Below are positions 1-10,367 of a stretch of DNA of 64,000 nucleotides, piece by piece (position 1 is the first letter of the stretch; each line of letters opens with the position of its first letter). This stretch comes from an uncultured Gammaproteobacteria bacterium. GTDB lineage: Bacteria > Patescibacteriota > Patescibacteriia > Magasanikbacterales > UBA922. The notes below the pieces were generated by a model. That model was given only the letters and a program-made list of their open reading frames with translations. It was not told the origin of the DNA and searched no databases. A program made the translations under genes and the position numbers. The stretch is taken from positions 121,125 through 185,124 of the forward strand of contig CAYUTO010000001.1 of assembly GCA_964447765.1 (NCBI GenBank), in the 5' to 3' direction.

Positions 1-124
1 TTTTTTGAAATCCTGTATAAAACCCATACCTATATCTTAAGATTGAATACGCTCATTCTAACATTATGTCCTGTAAAAGAAAAGCGCCAATTCTGGCGCC
101 TTCTCTATAAGAAATGTAAACTGT

Positions 125-589
125 TTACTCCACAATGATAGTACCCACCATTCCCATTTCTCGATGTTTTCCTACACTGCAATAATATTCAAATGTTCCT
201 GTTTTGTCAGCAGTGAATTCTACCACTTCCTCCTGACCTGCACCGATCTGTTTTGTTTTTACATTGAATTCGTCGAGTACCCAGTCATGAAATCCTTCTT
301 CATTTTTGAATGTGACTCGAACTTTATCACCTTTCTTCACTCGAATCTCTTTCAAATCAAAAGCCATATTTGTCCCAACCACTGTTACGTCTACTACATC
401 TTGTTCTACTCCCACACCTACATCAACACCAAGTTCCAGTCCGCCTTCATTTGTCTCTTCTGAGCCAGAAGTCGTGTCAGTGTTTGTCTGTGTTTCAGGA
501 GCAGATGGAGTAATAGTAGTATTCGATGTCGTAGAGCAGCCAGCGCCTGCAAGAAGCAAGACAGCAATGAGTACAAAAGCTTTTTTCAT
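125..589 (-). CDS. Cupredoxin-like (blue-copper) lipoprotein
   Basis: N-terminal signal peptide with lipobox-like LLAGAGC. C-terminal H...C...H...M copper-ligand pattern (HDWV...YYCSVGKHREMGM). Thr/Ser-rich linker. Confidence 0.6.
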   Translation of the reverse strand: MKKAFVLIAVLLLAGAGCSTTSNTTITPSAPETQTNTDTTSGSEETNEGGLELGVDVGVGVEQDVVDVTVVGTNMAFDLKEIRVKKGDKVRVTFKNEEGFHDWVLDEFNVKTKQIGAGQEEVVEFTADKTGTFEYYCSVGKHREMGMVGTIIVE

Positions 590-653
590 ATATGTGTATA
601 ATTAAAAATTAGACTCTAAATAGTATACTTCTATTACAACCCGGTCGTCAATA

Positions 654-1838
654 TTATTTCATTGGAACGAGCACAGTGTTTTTTTGAACTGGAATGGTAA
701 AGGAAATCATTCCATTTGTTACTGATTTTCTAAAATTTTCATCTCCCATTGAGGCTTGCCCAACAAGTGAAAGAACTGATTCACGCTCGAGAGTGTCGGC
801 TACAAATGGCTGCGTTTGTTTATTGATATGTACAGGAATCAGACTTATTTGTGTAGTCAAATTCTCGGTATCTTTTTCTAATGCCAATGAAAGCAATAAT
901 CCTTGCATGGTTTCAAGCGAAAAATATTGATCAAATACAAAATTTCCTAGGCTATAAAATATAATCCGATCTTTATATAATTCCACTGGTTGAATCACAT
1001 GAGGGTGAGCTCCAATAATCAAATCAACTCCCGCATCAATCATAGCGTACGCTTCTTCTTTCTGAAGAACAGATGGCGTACTCGTCACATATTCGTGACC
1101 CCAATGTGGGTATGCAATCAGCATATCTACCTCTGGTCGAATTCTTTTGATTTCCTCAATCACATTTTCAAACCCTTGTTCAATCAGCTGATGATGCCCT
1201 ACAAATCCAATTTTGAATCCTTTTTTTTCTACAATCACTGAAAGTTTTTGAGTTGCACGATTATTCGGATCACCAAACCACTCAATCCCCGCTTCATCAA
1301 GGAATTTTTTTGTTTGTTCCAATCCTTCAAAACCGAAATTTGTGGTGTGATTATTCGCAAGACTTACTACATCAAAATTTTCTTTGAGGGTTGTCGTCAC
1401 CTTCGGGGAAAAAGTGAAACTCAGTCCTCGTCCCCCGTTTACAATATTTGCCGTAGATTTATTTGTGGTAATTGGCCCTTCGAGATTTACCACACGGAGA
1501 TCTGCTTGTTGTAACGTAGAAGAAATCATGCGAAATGAGTACCCAAAGTCGTTATGTCTCTGTGCCAACAAAAACATGGTCCGATCAAGCATGATATCCC
1601 CTGCTGCCAGTATGGTTAGTTTATCTATTTCTTGAACTACTAGTTGAGTCTTATTATCCTCTTCAACTACTGTTTCATCTGTATTTGGGTTAGAGTCACT
1701 GAAATCTGGTGGATTAGATGGCCAGAATAACCACGTAATAACAACAGCCACGCAAGTTGCTGCGACACTAATAATTGCGAAGTATTTCCAAAAGTTGGGG
1801 TGCATATAACGACAGATTAACATAAAAACACACGACAT
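654..1838 (-). CDS. CapA/PgsA-family metallophosphatase (poly-gamma-glutamate synthesis-like), N-terminal TM anchor
   Basis: AAGDIMLDR and HPHV...GNFVFDQ motifs typical of the CapA family. N-terminal hydrophobic helix. Confidence 0.65.
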   Translation of the reverse strand: MSCVFMLICRYMHPNFWKYFAIISVAATCVAVVITWLFWPSNPPDFSDSNPNTDETVVEEDNKTQLVVQEIDKLTILAAGDIMLDRTMFLLAQRHNDFGYSFRMISSTLQQADLRVVNLEGPITTNKSTANIVNGGRGLSFTFSPKVTTTLKENFDVVSLANNHTTNFGFEGLEQTKKFLDEAGIEWFGDPNNRATQKLSVIVEKKGFKIGFVGHHQLIEQGFENVIEEIKRIRPEVDMLIAYPHWGHEYVTSTPSVLQKEEAYAMIDAGVDLIIGAHPHVIQPVELYKDRIIFYSLGNFVFDQYFSLETMQGLLLSLALEKDTENLTTQISLIPVHINKQTQPFVADTLERESVLSLVGQASMGDENFRKSVTNGMISFTIPVQKNTVLVPMK

Positions 1839-1861
1839 TCAATCGTGTGTTTTTATTACTT

Positions 1862-3391
1862 TTATCCTCTTGGCTCAGCCACTGGCTCTGCCATTGGTAC
1901 TGGATTAATCACCGCATCTCGGAGCATTGGTTCAAATGGCATGATCTGAATCGGCTCTTGATTTTCAAGCTCAGACAACATTTCACTCGCAAGTGGGATT
2001 ACAATCTTACTCTGCCACAATCCTTCACCTTGTAATCGGTCAAAATCTTTTACTTCTGCAATAATTGCAGGAACAAATATTTCACTTGAATTTCCATTGG
2101 CTTCATTGTACTGCCATCGGCGCATATACCCGAGTGAAGCATTTTCTAATTCACCGTCTACTGTTTTGGTAGGTTCAGCATATACTGCCATTCGAGCTTT
2201 TTCGATAATTGCTCGAAGTCTAGCCTCATCTGTTTCACCCTTATATGATGACCCACTAAAGGTCTTGGTCATGATTCCGTCGACACTCGTTACTTTCATT
2301 TCTTGTGTGTTGATATTCACACGAATTCCCATAGGTTCACCATACTCCTCATACACGGGTTGACCATTAATCATCAGCTGATATACCACGGTATGGACGT
2401 TTGAGATATAGAACGAACTCTTATCTTCTGCAGCAGCGTAGGCTACTCTCCAGCGTGAATCTACCGCTCCTTCGCCATATGAGCTCATATCGATTCCATA
2501 TTCACCAAGAAATGCATCTGCAACACTTTTCAATTGATTATCTTCAGGGACTTCATCAATTGAAAGCATGTTTGGATCAGCACACATTCCATTGACACAA
2601 TCGATTTCTCTTCGAAGTGTGTGCCATTTGGCATAGTTTTCAGAGATTGATACATATCCACCAATCATATCCACGTGTATGATATATCCTTTGTCTCGAT
2701 CTTCAGCAAGCGAAAAATTCTGTACCTGAGCTTGTTGTAATTTTCCGAGATCAAAGATACCCAGTTTTATTTTCTGTAAAATTCCTGCGTATTGTTTTGC
2801 AGCGTCAATTCCTGACTCCCTCTTCAATACTTCAATACTATCACTAAGCTCTGGCAACTCGCCAGTGAAGGTGAAATTGTAATTCGTATATACAGGATTA
2901 TAAATCATTGAAGTTGCACTTATTTTTGCTGAGTCACCGCCCATACCAAGTGCCATATTTCCAACCCCGTCTCGAGCACTCTCAGTATTGTTTGTGCTCA
3001 GTGCTACCGGTGCTAAAGGACCAAAAGCATTTGCTTCTGCTCTTACTACTTGCGTACCTCTCGTAAAGCTATTGTCCATGATTTCTGATCCCAAATTCGG
3101 ACTCATATAGACAATAGGCAATGCAATTGCGGCTGTTGCAAGCGCTCCACCAAGTGTATAGACAAATTTTGATCGGAAGAATGAGAATGTCTGTTTTTCT
3201 TGTACGGTCTCATGAGAAAATTTCTCGAGCACTTTTGTTTTCAGTTCACGAGCAAAATTCTCATCGAATTGTGTGTTTGGTTTATTTTTCATCATAGTAT
3301 CAACTATTTGTGCGATTTCCGCCTGATGATTTTTTAACTCAGGATCAATCTGATAAAGTTCATCGAGAATAAATTGAATATTTTTTTCCAT
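1862..3391 (-). CDS. Single-pass membrane protein with large extracytoplasmic domain; possible anti-sigma factor
   Basis: Lies immediately downstream (same strand) of the ECF sigma at 3446..4012. Short N-terminal cytoplasmic segment, one TM helix, then ~400 aa outside. No recognisable catalytic motif. Confidence 0.35.
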   Translation of the reverse strand: MEKNIQFILDELYQIDPELKNHQAEIAQIVDTMMKNKPNTQFDENFARELKTKVLEKFSHETVQEKQTFSFFRSKFVYTLGGALATAAIALPIVYMSPNLGSEIMDNSFTRGTQVVRAEANAFGPLAPVALSTNNTESARDGVGNMALGMGGDSAKISATSMIYNPVYTNYNFTFTGELPELSDSIEVLKRESGIDAAKQYAGILQKIKLGIFDLGKLQQAQVQNFSLAEDRDKGYIIHVDMIGGYVSISENYAKWHTLRREIDCVNGMCADPNMLSIDEVPEDNQLKSVADAFLGEYGIDMSSYGEGAVDSRWRVAYAAAEDKSSFYISNVHTVVYQLMINGQPVYEEYGEPMGIRVNINTQEMKVTSVDGIMTKTFSGSSYKGETDEARLRAIIEKARMAVYAEPTKTVDGELENASLGYMRRWQYNEANGNSSEIFVPAIIAEVKDFDRLQGEGLWQSKIVIPLASEMLSELENQEPIQIMPFEPMLRDAVINPVPMAEPVAEPRG

Positions 3392-3445
3392 ATATTATTT
3401 ACTACATTAAATATTAACGGGATATCCTTACACCTGTACTACGTA

Positions 3446-4012
3446 TTACTTCATCTGGAGTAACAACGCGATATACACTCCGAGTGGCAAGTGGGTTCGG
3501 AGTTCTTTCAGTGCTCGAGAAGCAGCCATTTTCAAACTCGCTTCACTTTTTCCGAGCACCTCAGCAATTTCCTTGTAGGTAAGCTCATCCCAGACTCGAA
3601 GGATAATAATTTCGCGTTCACGTTCTGATAATTTTTCCAATGCGATTTCTACTTTTTTGAGCATGTCTTTATTTTCTATATGCGTCTTCAAATCAGCTGT
3701 ATCTACCACATCAAAATCTTCAGGGAACCCCGTTGTTTTTTTGTTTACTCGATATTGATCTACCAGGGTATTTCTTGCAATTCGGTATAGCCATGATGCT
3801 GCCGAGCCTTTACTCGGATCAAATGATCCTACATGCTCGAGCGCTTTCATGAATGTATCTGCGACAATATCTTCGGCAGACTGCTTGTCTTTTACCCGAA
3901 AAAAGGCATAATCGTAGAGTTTTTTCACAAACCCATCATACACTTCTCCAAAAGCGGCTCGATCCCCTTTTTGTGCAAGTACAAGCTTATCCTCAAAAAA
4001 ACCTATAGCCAT
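3446..4012 (-). CDS. ECF-type RNA polymerase sigma-70 family factor
   Basis: Sigma region 2 (WLYRIARN) and region 4 HTH (LTYKEIAEVLGKSEASLKMAASRALKELR). 188 aa. Confidence 0.75.
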   Translation of the reverse strand: MAIGFFEDKLVLAQKGDRAAFGEVYDGFVKKLYDYAFFRVKDKQSAEDIVADTFMKALEHVGSFDPSKGSAASWLYRIARNTLVDQYRVNKKTTGFPEDFDVVDTADLKTHIENKDMLKKVEIALEKLSEREREIIILRVWDELTYKEIAEVLGKSEASLKMAASRALKELRTHLPLGVYIALLLQMK

Positions 4013-4196
4013 AATACAAAATTAAAATGTGTATATAGTATACGGTAAAGAACAAAAAAAGTAACATCAGGTCTGTTATACACATCGACGTATTTTCTCA
4101 TACACGAGAACATGTTACGCTATTACCCTCCCAGGGTTTTACGGCATACCCGAGGAGAAGTGCTACCGTCAACAATGCCGTCCAAGGAGTGGCCAC

Positions 4197-4565
4197 ATGG
4201 CCAAAGTGTTTACGATACTGATCGAGGGTGATAAAAATCCGAATGAAGGCGAAGTCTACCTGCGTCTCGCAAAGGCTCGCGACTTCTTCGGTGAATGCGA
4301 GGTGACCTTCTACGGAAGAGATTCAAAGACTAGTGAGCCTGTCCAACACTCCTTCCTTATCTGGGGTGTAGGACGAGTTCCAAAATCGATGAATCGACTG
4401 AAGATCGAAGGCTGCTACCGCATCGCTGATGAGCGTCCCTCGGTCTTGATTGAGGAGTATGACTTCTCGAAAAAGACCGGCACGATGACTTACACTCTCC
4501 CCAAAACAAAACCGGGAGAGGTGATGGAAGATACTAACTTCAACCGCGGGTTGGCTGTTGCCTAA
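4197..4565 (+). CDS. Hypothetical protein
   Basis: Clean 122-aa ORF, divergent from the sigma factor gene. No recognisable motif. Confidence 0.4.
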   Translation: MAKVFTILIEGDKNPNEGEVYLRLAKARDFFGECEVTFYGRDSKTSEPVQHSFLIWGVGRVPKSMNRLKIEGCYRIADERPSVLIEEYDFSKKTGTMTYTLPKTKPGEVMEDTNFNRGLAVA

Positions 4566-4703
4566 CCCTCGATAAACCCAGTGTCGTTATCCGCACCTGC
4601 ATTGTTCAGTCTAACAGATTGTTCAATCAGGTGCGGATGTTTTCTTATTGCAAAGAACGCCGGTATAGCGTATACTGTTTTCTTTATACCTATACCAAAC
4701 TCT

Positions 4704-5390
4704 ATGGAAGAAACAAAGAAAAAAATCGCTGTCTTTGATATTGATGGAACTATTTTCCGTTCGAATTTACATTTTGAATTGTTTAAAGCATTGGTTAAAT
4801 ATGATATTTTTCCTTCAATCGTATTGAAAGAAATCGAGGAATACCACGATGATTGGATCAATCGCCGGGGACAATATCGCGACTTTGAACAATCTCTCAT
4901 TCGTTCATATAAAAATCGTCTAACAAGAAAAGTGGTAGAAGATATTGAAAAAGTAAGTAGATACGTGGTCCAAGAAAAAATGGAGCATGTCTACGTATAT
5001 ACCAGAAACCTCATTGAAAGACTTCGAAAAGATTATGTACTACTTGCAATTTCTGGATCGCCTCGGGAAATTGTAGACGCGTTTACCATTGATTGGAAAT
5101 TTGATAAAGCCTACGGAACTATTTATGGCTCAGAGGATGGTCTATACACCGGTGAAGTTCTCTTCCCTTCGTATGAAGTAAAAGATACGACACTCAAAAA
5201 CTTTTGTGCTGAACATAATCTAAGCCTCGAAGGATCAATCGGTGTAGGTGACACCAGTGGTGATGTGGCATTTCTCAACTTGGTCGAACATCCGATTGCG
5301 TTTAATCCAAGCAAAGAATTATTTGAAACAGCAAAACAGCGTGGATGGAAAACAGTAGTAGAACGAAAAGATGTGATTTACGAAATTTAA
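4704..5390 (+). CDS. HAD-superfamily hydrolase (HAD-IB / phosphoserine phosphatase-like)
   Basis: DIDGTI motif I directly after the internal ATG at 4704; later GDTSGD motif. The track ORF starts upstream at 4581, but the N-terminal 41 aa look non-native. Confidence 0.65.
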   Translation: MEETKKKIAVFDIDGTIFRSNLHFELFKALVKYDIFPSIVLKEIEEYHDDWINRRGQYRDFEQSLIRSYKNRLTRKVVEDIEKVSRYVVQEKMEHVYVYTRNLIERLRKDYVLLAISGSPREIVDAFTIDWKFDKAYGTIYGSEDGLYTGEVLFPSYEVKDTTLKNFCAEHNLSLEGSIGVGDTSGDVAFLNLVEHPIAFNPSKELFETAKQRGWKTVVERKDVIYEI

Positions 5391-5400
5391 GATGAATTAT

Positions 5401-5437
5401 AAAAAAACACCCAGATGTACAGTCCGGGTGTTTTTTT
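5401..5437. terminator. Bidirectional rho-independent terminator
   Basis: A-run, hairpin cacccag...ccgggtg, T-run, between convergent genes. Confidence 0.55.
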
Positions 5438-5446
5438 ATAATTCAA

Positions 5447-5941
5447 CTATGATGTTACTTCTGCTTCCGCGTCATTTTTCTGTTCAAATTTATGCATCAT
5501 TTTACCTTTCATTTTGGGCACATGATTTTTGGTAAATTCAATTCGTTTGTCTGCCTGCTCCTGAGTGATTACCCCACTAGCCACCAGTGTCTGCATCTGC
5601 TCTTTCATTTTTTCTTCATGTTGAGCTTTCATCTTTGTTCTAATTGTTTCTGGATCAATACCTTTCTCCTCAAGCAATTCATTCATCTTTTTTCCCTCTG
5701 CCCACGCATTTTTGATTTCATCAATGCTGAGTCCAGTAAGTTCTGCCTGATTCGCAAACATGTCTGATTGATGGCTCGCGAATTCTTCTGGATCCATGTT
5801 ATTAAAGGCAAAGAAGCCTCCTCCATGTCCACCTACCCTATTTTTTTCACCAGTTCCCATTTCCTTTGCTGATACGACTCCTGCACCTAATAGTGCAAAT
5901 GCTATTGCAGGTATTACCGCATATTTGATACTTTTTTTCAT
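5447..5941 (-). CDS. Secreted hypothetical protein (signal peptide, charged helical C-terminus)
   Basis: N-terminal signal peptide MKKSIKYAVIPAIAFALLGAGVVSA. Lys/Glu-rich remainder. Confidence 0.45.
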   Translation of the reverse strand: MKKSIKYAVIPAIAFALLGAGVVSAKEMGTGEKNRVGGHGGGFFAFNNMDPEEFASHQSDMFANQAELTGLSIDEIKNAWAEGKKMNELLEEKGIDPETIRTKMKAQHEEKMKEQMQTLVASGVITQEQADKRIEFTKNHVPKMKGKMMHKFEQKNDAEAEVTS

Positions 5942-6019
5942 AGTATTATATGTAATTATGATTTAGCATGATGTTTCCCGGGCTACATATATTACTACAC
6001 CTGTTCCCAATTATTTATT

Positions 6020-6718
6020 TCATTCTGATATTTTCCGCACCCCCATTGCCCTAATCTCATTTTCAAACCGAGGACCCATAATCATCACTCGATCTCCCGC
6101 ATGAAATTGCACATCTCTTTTGATTTGTGTCTGTGGCGTAATAATTACCATGAACATCTCATTGCGGGGATTCTGTATATCAAATCCTCTTGGGGTAATC
6201 ACCATTATCCTTCCCATATGCACTTCCTTGAACATTGGATGCCTAATATCAGGGTACCCGCCACCGACGAGTGGTATATTGAATTCTGGTGCATGTCGTA
6301 TCATGACAGTATGTAAGGGAGTACGAGCCACAATCCACCCTCCCACACATGCGATCAACACAATTAATGCTGCTGAATACACTAGTGGAGTCTTATACGC
6401 GAATGAGTATGAGCGCACTAGAATTTCTAAAATAACCAAAAATATTCCTACCAAGAGAATCAAGAGCCATGGCAGTGAGCGCAAAAAGATAATGGTTCCT
6501 CGTACCCCAAATCCTGGTGTAAATATAACCCCCGTTTCACGAAGTCCAAAAATAATCAGACTAATCAGATAAAATAATGACAATGCCAGAATAACCGAGC
6601 CTAAAATGAGTAGCACGGTTTTCAACATAAAATGCCACTTGGGACGCATTTTCAACTCCCCTTTCTTAATGGATTCAAGAATGAGGTCGATATTAATTTT
6701 TTTATTTTCTTCCTGCAT
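6020..6718 (-). CDS. Polytopic membrane protein; possible anti-sigma factor partner
   Basis: Directly follows, and nearly abuts, the ECF sigma at 6721..7275. Multiple TM helices. Confidence 0.35.
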   Translation of the reverse strand: MQEENKKINIDLILESIKKGELKMRPKWHFMLKTVLLILGSVILALSLFYLISLIIFGLRETGVIFTPGFGVRGTIIFLRSLPWLLILLVGIFLVILEILVRSYSFAYKTPLVYSAALIVLIACVGGWIVARTPLHTVMIRHAPEFNIPLVGGGYPDIRHPMFKEVHMGRIMVITPRGFDIQNPRNEMFMVIITPQTQIKRDVQFHAGDRVMIMGPRFENEIRAMGVRKISE

Positions 6719-6720
6719 AC

Positions 6721-7275
6721 TTATGTATTAGAAATCATTTTTTTGAGCATTTCCCTGCCTCTCGTAATTCTGACCCCCACCGTTGAAATCGGTATTTTCA
6801 GAATCTCTGCGATTTCTTTGTATTCCAATTCTTCAAAATAAAATAACACCAGTGCTTCGCGATATTTGGGGGATAATTTTTTCATGACATCTGCTACCGA
6901 TTCAGCGTCTTCAACTTTTAGAAAATCATCTTCAAGAGTTTCGGTGGTTTTGGATGGAATTTTTACCAATGTATCAAAGTCAAAAAATGATACTGGTTCT
7001 CTCCCATTCTTCTTGATTACATTGATAAACGTATTATGCGCAATGCGGTACAGCCAGGTTGAAAATTTCTTGGTAGTATTAAAGCTTTGAATATTTTTAT
7101 AGGTTTTTATAAACACTTCCTGAACTGCATCCTCTAGATCTTCGTAGGTATACAAAAACCGCTTGCCATAACGAAGCATTTTTTGTTCATATCGATTGAA
7201 TAACGCACTAAAGGCTTCGCTGTTTCCCTGTTGTACATCCAATGCTAGTTCCTCATCCGTTCGGAGTGGGTCCAT
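6721..7275 (-). CDS. ECF-type RNA polymerase sigma-70 family factor
   Basis: Region 2 (WLYRIAHN) and region 4 (LEYKEIAEILKIPISTVGVRITRGREMLKK). Confidence 0.75.
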   Translation of the reverse strand: MDPLRTDEELALDVQQGNSEAFSALFNRYEQKMLRYGKRFLYTYEDLEDAVQEVFIKTYKNIQSFNTTKKFSTWLYRIAHNTFINVIKKNGREPVSFFDFDTLVKIPSKTTETLEDDFLKVEDAESVADVMKKLSPKYREALVLFYFEELEYKEIAEILKIPISTVGVRITRGREMLKKMISNT

Positions 7276-7646
7276 AAAATGAAATTCGGGAGCTATACAT
7301 TACTACAATTATATCATATCCTTTATTTCACCTAGTAGTCTATAATACAAAAATAGCCTTATTTAAGGCTATTTTTACACCACTTCTTTATTAATCTTTC
7401 TTCTCTTCCACCTCTTCTGATTTCTCGTGTTTTTTTTCTTTCTCTTCTTTTGCGTCATCTAGCCCTGCTTTAAACCCTTTCATAAAGTTTTTTCCAGTAT
7501 TGTCTGCCATATCATTAGGTGTTACGTACCTACTTAACGAAGGTCTGTTTTTACTATAGTGCTATACGCTAATCCTGTCAACCCTTACTCACACGTTTCT
7601 TATGTATTTTTGTAAAAATAGAGTATAGTTGCTATGATATCATCCT

Positions 7647-8153
7647 ATGCAACTTCCCTACCGAAAACCAGGCAAATACGCCCACACCCCCATGGACCCT
7701 TTTGTTACCCAAGAAAAACTAGATGAGCTCACTCGCAAACTCGAGCGATTGTATGCAGATCGGCCACAGCTAGCAAAAGAAGTAGGACGCCTAGCAGAGC
7801 TCGGAGACTTTTCTGAAAATGTAGAATATCAACTAGCAAAAGGAAAACTACGATCAGTCAATCAGCGAATCCTTATTTTGGAAAACCAACTCAAACATTC
7901 AGAAGTTATCTCTTCCACCTCAAAAGGCACTATGATCGAACTAGGAGACACCGTCACTGTACAGGCCAATGGATCAGAAAAAACATATCAGATATTAGGG
8001 TCAAGCGAGACCAATCCACACAAAGGAATCATTTCACACAATTCCCCTATGGGAGAAGCATTAGTCGGAAAAAAAGTGGGAGACACCGTCACTATCGAAA
8101 TCGGAAAGAAAACAATCGACTATGTAATAATAAAAAAAGAGCGCCCGAGTTAG
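7647..8153 (+). CDS. greA: Transcription elongation factor GreA
   Basis: N-terminal coiled-coil (LDELTRKLERL...GDFSENVEYQ) plus a C-terminal FKBP-like domain. The true start may be the ATG at 7692. Confidence 0.75.
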   Translation: MQLPYRKPGKYAHTPMDPFVTQEKLDELTRKLERLYADRPQLAKEVGRLAELGDFSENVEYQLAKGKLRSVNQRILILENQLKHSEVISSTSKGTMIELGDTVTVQANGSEKTYQILGSSETNPHKGIISHNSPMGEALVGKKVGDTVTIEIGKKTIDYVIIKKERPS

Positions 8154-8164
8154 CGCCTTTTTTA

Positions 8165-9370
8165 TTACTGTTGTTTTTCAATTTCCTCTGCAAGTAATTG
8201 TCGTCCTTTGACTGCCCACATCTCATGCCCACTATGTTCCATCTCTAGCGTATAATCAGTAATCAAGAGCCTTCTTTTTGCTTCATCTTTTTCTACCTCC
8301 ATTTCTAAGTATAATGTTAAAAAATCATACTGGGTTTGCAAGCGTGTTTCTTCGTCTTCCACCTGAAGCCACAAATTATTTTCAAACGCCCATACGACAA
8401 AGTCTTTATCGTTTTTCTTCTCCTCAATCATCGTAAGCAATGTTTCCTGCACTTCATCCGTTGTGGTTCCACTATAATCATTTTGCCCCAGATTATTTTT
8501 GATTCTACCAAGCGTATTATCTAGGTATTCACCCAGTTCATCTGGAATATACGGGATATCCGCGACCATATGCGCCGGACGCATCGCAAGGATAATATCA
8601 TCAGGACGTTCGGAAATTTTCATATTCGATAGCGCACTTACGAGTGCTTCTGCTTCATCAAATGATAAATCGGTTTTTACAATTTTATATACGACATAGT
8701 GAAGTGCCTTATCAATTTTTGATGGCTCATCTGGTACATACCCTACCAACATTTGTTTCAAAAATGTTGAATGATTGTGTGCGCGCTGTGGTTCACCAAT
8801 TTGGTACGCATGTCTCTGTCGAAGCCACTGGAGTGTTTCAGTAGTCGGAAGACGCAAACTTCGGAGTACTCCTAGAGTTTCTGAAAATCCCACAATCACG
8901 AGATAATCGGCTTTCATCCCAAGTATCTTTTCAATTTGATTAATACCATATTCAATTCCACCAAGCCCACATGCATTGGACACGTAATAATCAGATGACG
9001 TTGCGCCTGTACCTGGAGGAAGCGGTGAATACGTTCCACGAGGTACCGCAGTAATTGTCACCTTCTCCTCCTTAGTATCAATAGTAATCATCTGGATCAC
9101 GTCGCAGTGTCCACTGGTCTGCCCTACACGTTTATCAAGCCCAATCAAAAGCACACGCGCAATACCATCTTCACCAAATGGGTCCGCGTTATTATCACTC
9201 TCAACACGAGCGCGACGAGCATCAAGCACGCGATCAATCGCTTCTGTCCGAGCCTTCTCCATAGCCCCACCTGGGTCGCCTGCCCGAAACCACAAAATGT
9301 TCCTCCAGATATACCATCCAGTAAAACCAAGGACTAGGATAAAAATTGTAAATAGTAGTATTTTTTTCAT
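8165..9370 (-). CDS. LytR-CpsA-Psr (LCP) family cell-envelope polymer transferase
   Basis: N-terminal TM helix; LLIGLDKR...DVIQMITID...AVPRGTY motifs characteristic of LCP. Confidence 0.7.
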   Translation of the reverse strand: MKKILLFTIFILVLGFTGWYIWRNILWFRAGDPGGAMEKARTEAIDRVLDARRARVESDNNADPFGEDGIARVLLIGLDKRVGQTSGHCDVIQMITIDTKEEKVTITAVPRGTYSPLPPGTGATSSDYYVSNACGLGGIEYGINQIEKILGMKADYLVIVGFSETLGVLRSLRLPTTETLQWLRQRHAYQIGEPQRAHNHSTFLKQMLVGYVPDEPSKIDKALHYVVYKIVKTDLSFDEAEALVSALSNMKISERPDDIILAMRPAHMVADIPYIPDELGEYLDNTLGRIKNNLGQNDYSGTTTDEVQETLLTMIEEKKNDKDFVVWAFENNLWLQVEDEETRLQTQYDFLTLYLEMEVEKDEAKRRLLITDYTLEMEHSGHEMWAVKGRQLLAEEIEKQQ

Positions 9371-9442
9371 GACGCCTATTGTACTTAGTTATATCAAAAA
9401 ATACAACGCCACCTTGGACACTTATCTTGTTCAGGCTGTGGA

Positions 9443-10126
9443 TTATTTGATAGCAATTGGGTAGAGCGATTGTGCCCCCTTCTGTTCCCTATGGAAAAAT
9501 CCATATATCAATCTATACCCCCAATGGGTCAAAAATACCATACTTCCCGTATAGATAGGCCACAAAACGGTATATCCCCACTTAGGCAAAAATGAGACAC
9601 AGGGAGCAAACACACAATTTACATTCTCACCTACCGGAGTGAATAATACGACCGAGGTATACATAATAGCGCAATATAGGGCTGAATAGGATAATGATAT
9701 CAGACGTGGTTTTTCTTTGCGCAAAAACCACAAGGTACCTATGGGAAGCAACACATGCACCATAAGTGCAATAGTTTTTGCATAATTGAATGACCCTTCA
9801 AACATATAGCTTGTAATAGTCAACGCTTCGAAACCAAGTATATGACTTATAAATCCAATCAACCATAACATCTGAATCACGATTCCTACCTGCAAAATAC
9901 CTATCACCATTTGTTTATGCCCTTTGTAATATGCATATGAATATAGAATTGCCGCATGATTACAAAACCAAAAAATATCAGACCCTTTTTTTGGACTAAA
10001 CAGATATTCCGACAACACAAGGGCTTGGATTAAGATGAAAAACAAGATGTACCAAAAATTCTTTATTTTTTCTCCACCCCTTTCATTCATCGGAACGAGT
10101 ACATTGTCCGCATGAATTGTAAGCAT
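9443..10126 (-). CDS. Polytopic membrane protein, hypothetical
   Basis: Clean 227-aa ORF with around 6 hydrophobic helices. Confidence 0.4.
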   Translation of the reverse strand: MLTIHADNVLVPMNERGGEKIKNFWYILFFILIQALVLSEYLFSPKKGSDIFWFCNHAAILYSYAYYKGHKQMVIGILQVGIVIQMLWLIGFISHILGFEALTITSYMFEGSFNYAKTIALMVHVLLPIGTLWFLRKEKPRLISLSYSALYCAIMYTSVVLFTPVGENVNCVFAPCVSFLPKWGYTVLWPIYTGSMVFLTHWGYRLIYGFFHREQKGAQSLYPIAIK

Positions 10127-10367
10127 AGGTATGGGTTATACCCCTCTATATGTACCCTACACCCATATCTCACATATGTCTACCAGGATAGAGTGTAAAA
10201 CACCTTTACCTCTATATATCTCACACAAAAACTTATTTTATACAAAACATTTTTGTGATTGTATTGTTTTTAATAACTGCATTCGCACCCGCGATACTGA
10301 GAAGTACAACCATAGAAAAACTAGCCGCTGGAGAAAAACACACCCATTATAAAACTATCTAGATAAA

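Noticed and set aside
164-605. Two 99-aa plus-strand ORFs
   Set aside because: Both lie within, and antisense to, the cupredoxin gene, which has a clear signal peptide and copper-site motifs.
4581-4703. Upstream extension of the HAD hydrolase ORF (track start 4581)
   Set aside because: The extension encodes a Cys-rich, non-HAD-like 41-aa leader. The conserved DxDGT motif I begins immediately after the internal ATG at 4704, which is the typical HAD N-terminus.
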